Below are positions 28,127 through 28,716 of a stretch of DNA of 28,716 nucleotides, in pieces (position 1 is the stretch's first letter; the number at the start of each line of letters is the position of its first letter). The DNA lies in the IMG/VR virus record IMGVR_UViG_3300017766_003469, positions 1-28,716 of that record; one strand, written 5' to 3'. Source of the DNA: a virus (taxonomy: Duplodnaviria; Caudoviricetes). The notes beneath the pieces were generated by a model, which ran no database searches, was not told where the DNA came from, and saw only the letters and a program-made list of their open reading frames with translations. The position numbers and the translations under genes are program-made.

Positions 28127-28716
28127 TATACGGAAGCTCAACAATAAATTTAACAAATCAGGGATCTTGTGGTTCATTCACTGGACCCACAGGACCAATA
28201 GGTCAAACTGGTCCAACCGGGCCAACCGGAGGATCAATAACGGGTCCAAAGGGTCCAACTGGTTATGGAATAACAGGAGCAACTTACAATATATCTTCAC
28301 CCGGTGTTACTTTTTATATAGAAAATATATCACCAATTAATATTAATTTAAGAGGTCCATCTGGTGCAAACGGTACTGGATTTATTGTTTTAAATGGTGT
28401 AACAACAAATGGTACTTCTATTTTAATTTCAGAAGATTTATTTGAAATCACAAATAATGAAGTAATTATTGATCAAGATGAGACTGCTTATTTTAAAAGT
28501 ATATTATTTGATAGCATAAACGGTGAAATACAAAATTCGTCAGAAACATCAAGTTTAATATCAGTTCATGGTAAAACATACGATATTTACCCGATGGGTA
28601 ATACTGGTGAGATTCTTTATCTCACCACAACTAATGAAGCTCGAGGCGCCCGAGGAACTTCGTGGGATGCCCAAACTAATCAGTTATTTTTTACATTAGA
28701 CGCTACACGACTACCA
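28123..28716 (+). CDS. Second collagen-like fibre protein, partial (198 codons, runs off right edge)
   Basis: ATGA overlap with the previous stop. MIYGSSTI...FTGPTGPIGQTGPTGPTGGSITGPKGPTG parallels the N-terminus of 25229..28126 (IYGSS.I...SITGP). Open to the window end; not in the ORF track. Confidence 0.85.
   Translation, partial: MIYGSSTINLTNQGSCGSFTGPTGPIGQTGPTGPTGGSITGPKGPTGYGITGATYNISSPGVTFYIENISPININLRGPSGANGTGFIVLNGVTTNGTSILISEDLFEITNNEVIIDQDETAYFKSILFDSINGEIQNSSETSSLISVHGKTYDIYPMGNTGEILYLTTTNEARGARGTSWDAQTNQLFFTLDATRLP

Overview
AT-rich fragment of a large T4-like (Tevenvirinae/Kyanoviridae-style) myophage genome covering the baseplate and tail-fibre module, read with the standard code. 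Left arm (- strand): head-completion gp4, tail-tube initiator gp54-like, gp26, a gp51-like ORF, and a >862-codon Asn-rich repeat protein in the tape-measure position. The last two are missing from the ORF track. Right arm (+ strand), one tightly coupled operon: gp48, gp53, a 1649-aa gp27-like hub, gp25, gp6, a short gp7, gp8, two mini DUF4815-like paralogs flanking a trypsin-like serine protease, a fibre protein, three paralogous constant-variable-constant fibre genes, and two collagen-like fibre genes. Best leads: (1) a T-TTT-TTC slippery site predicted to fuse gp26 to gp51 by -1 frameshift just upstream of the tape-measure-position gene; (2) a protease whose C-terminus is the missing N-terminus of the next, +1-frame gene; (3) a fibre cassette with DNA-level mosaicism; (4) a hub with a ~1100-aa Cys/Trp-rich insert and no adjacent gp5; (5) recurring G-x-[TS]-G motifs and Cys clusters across virion proteins. 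All family calls come from recognising motifs by eye, not from database searches.
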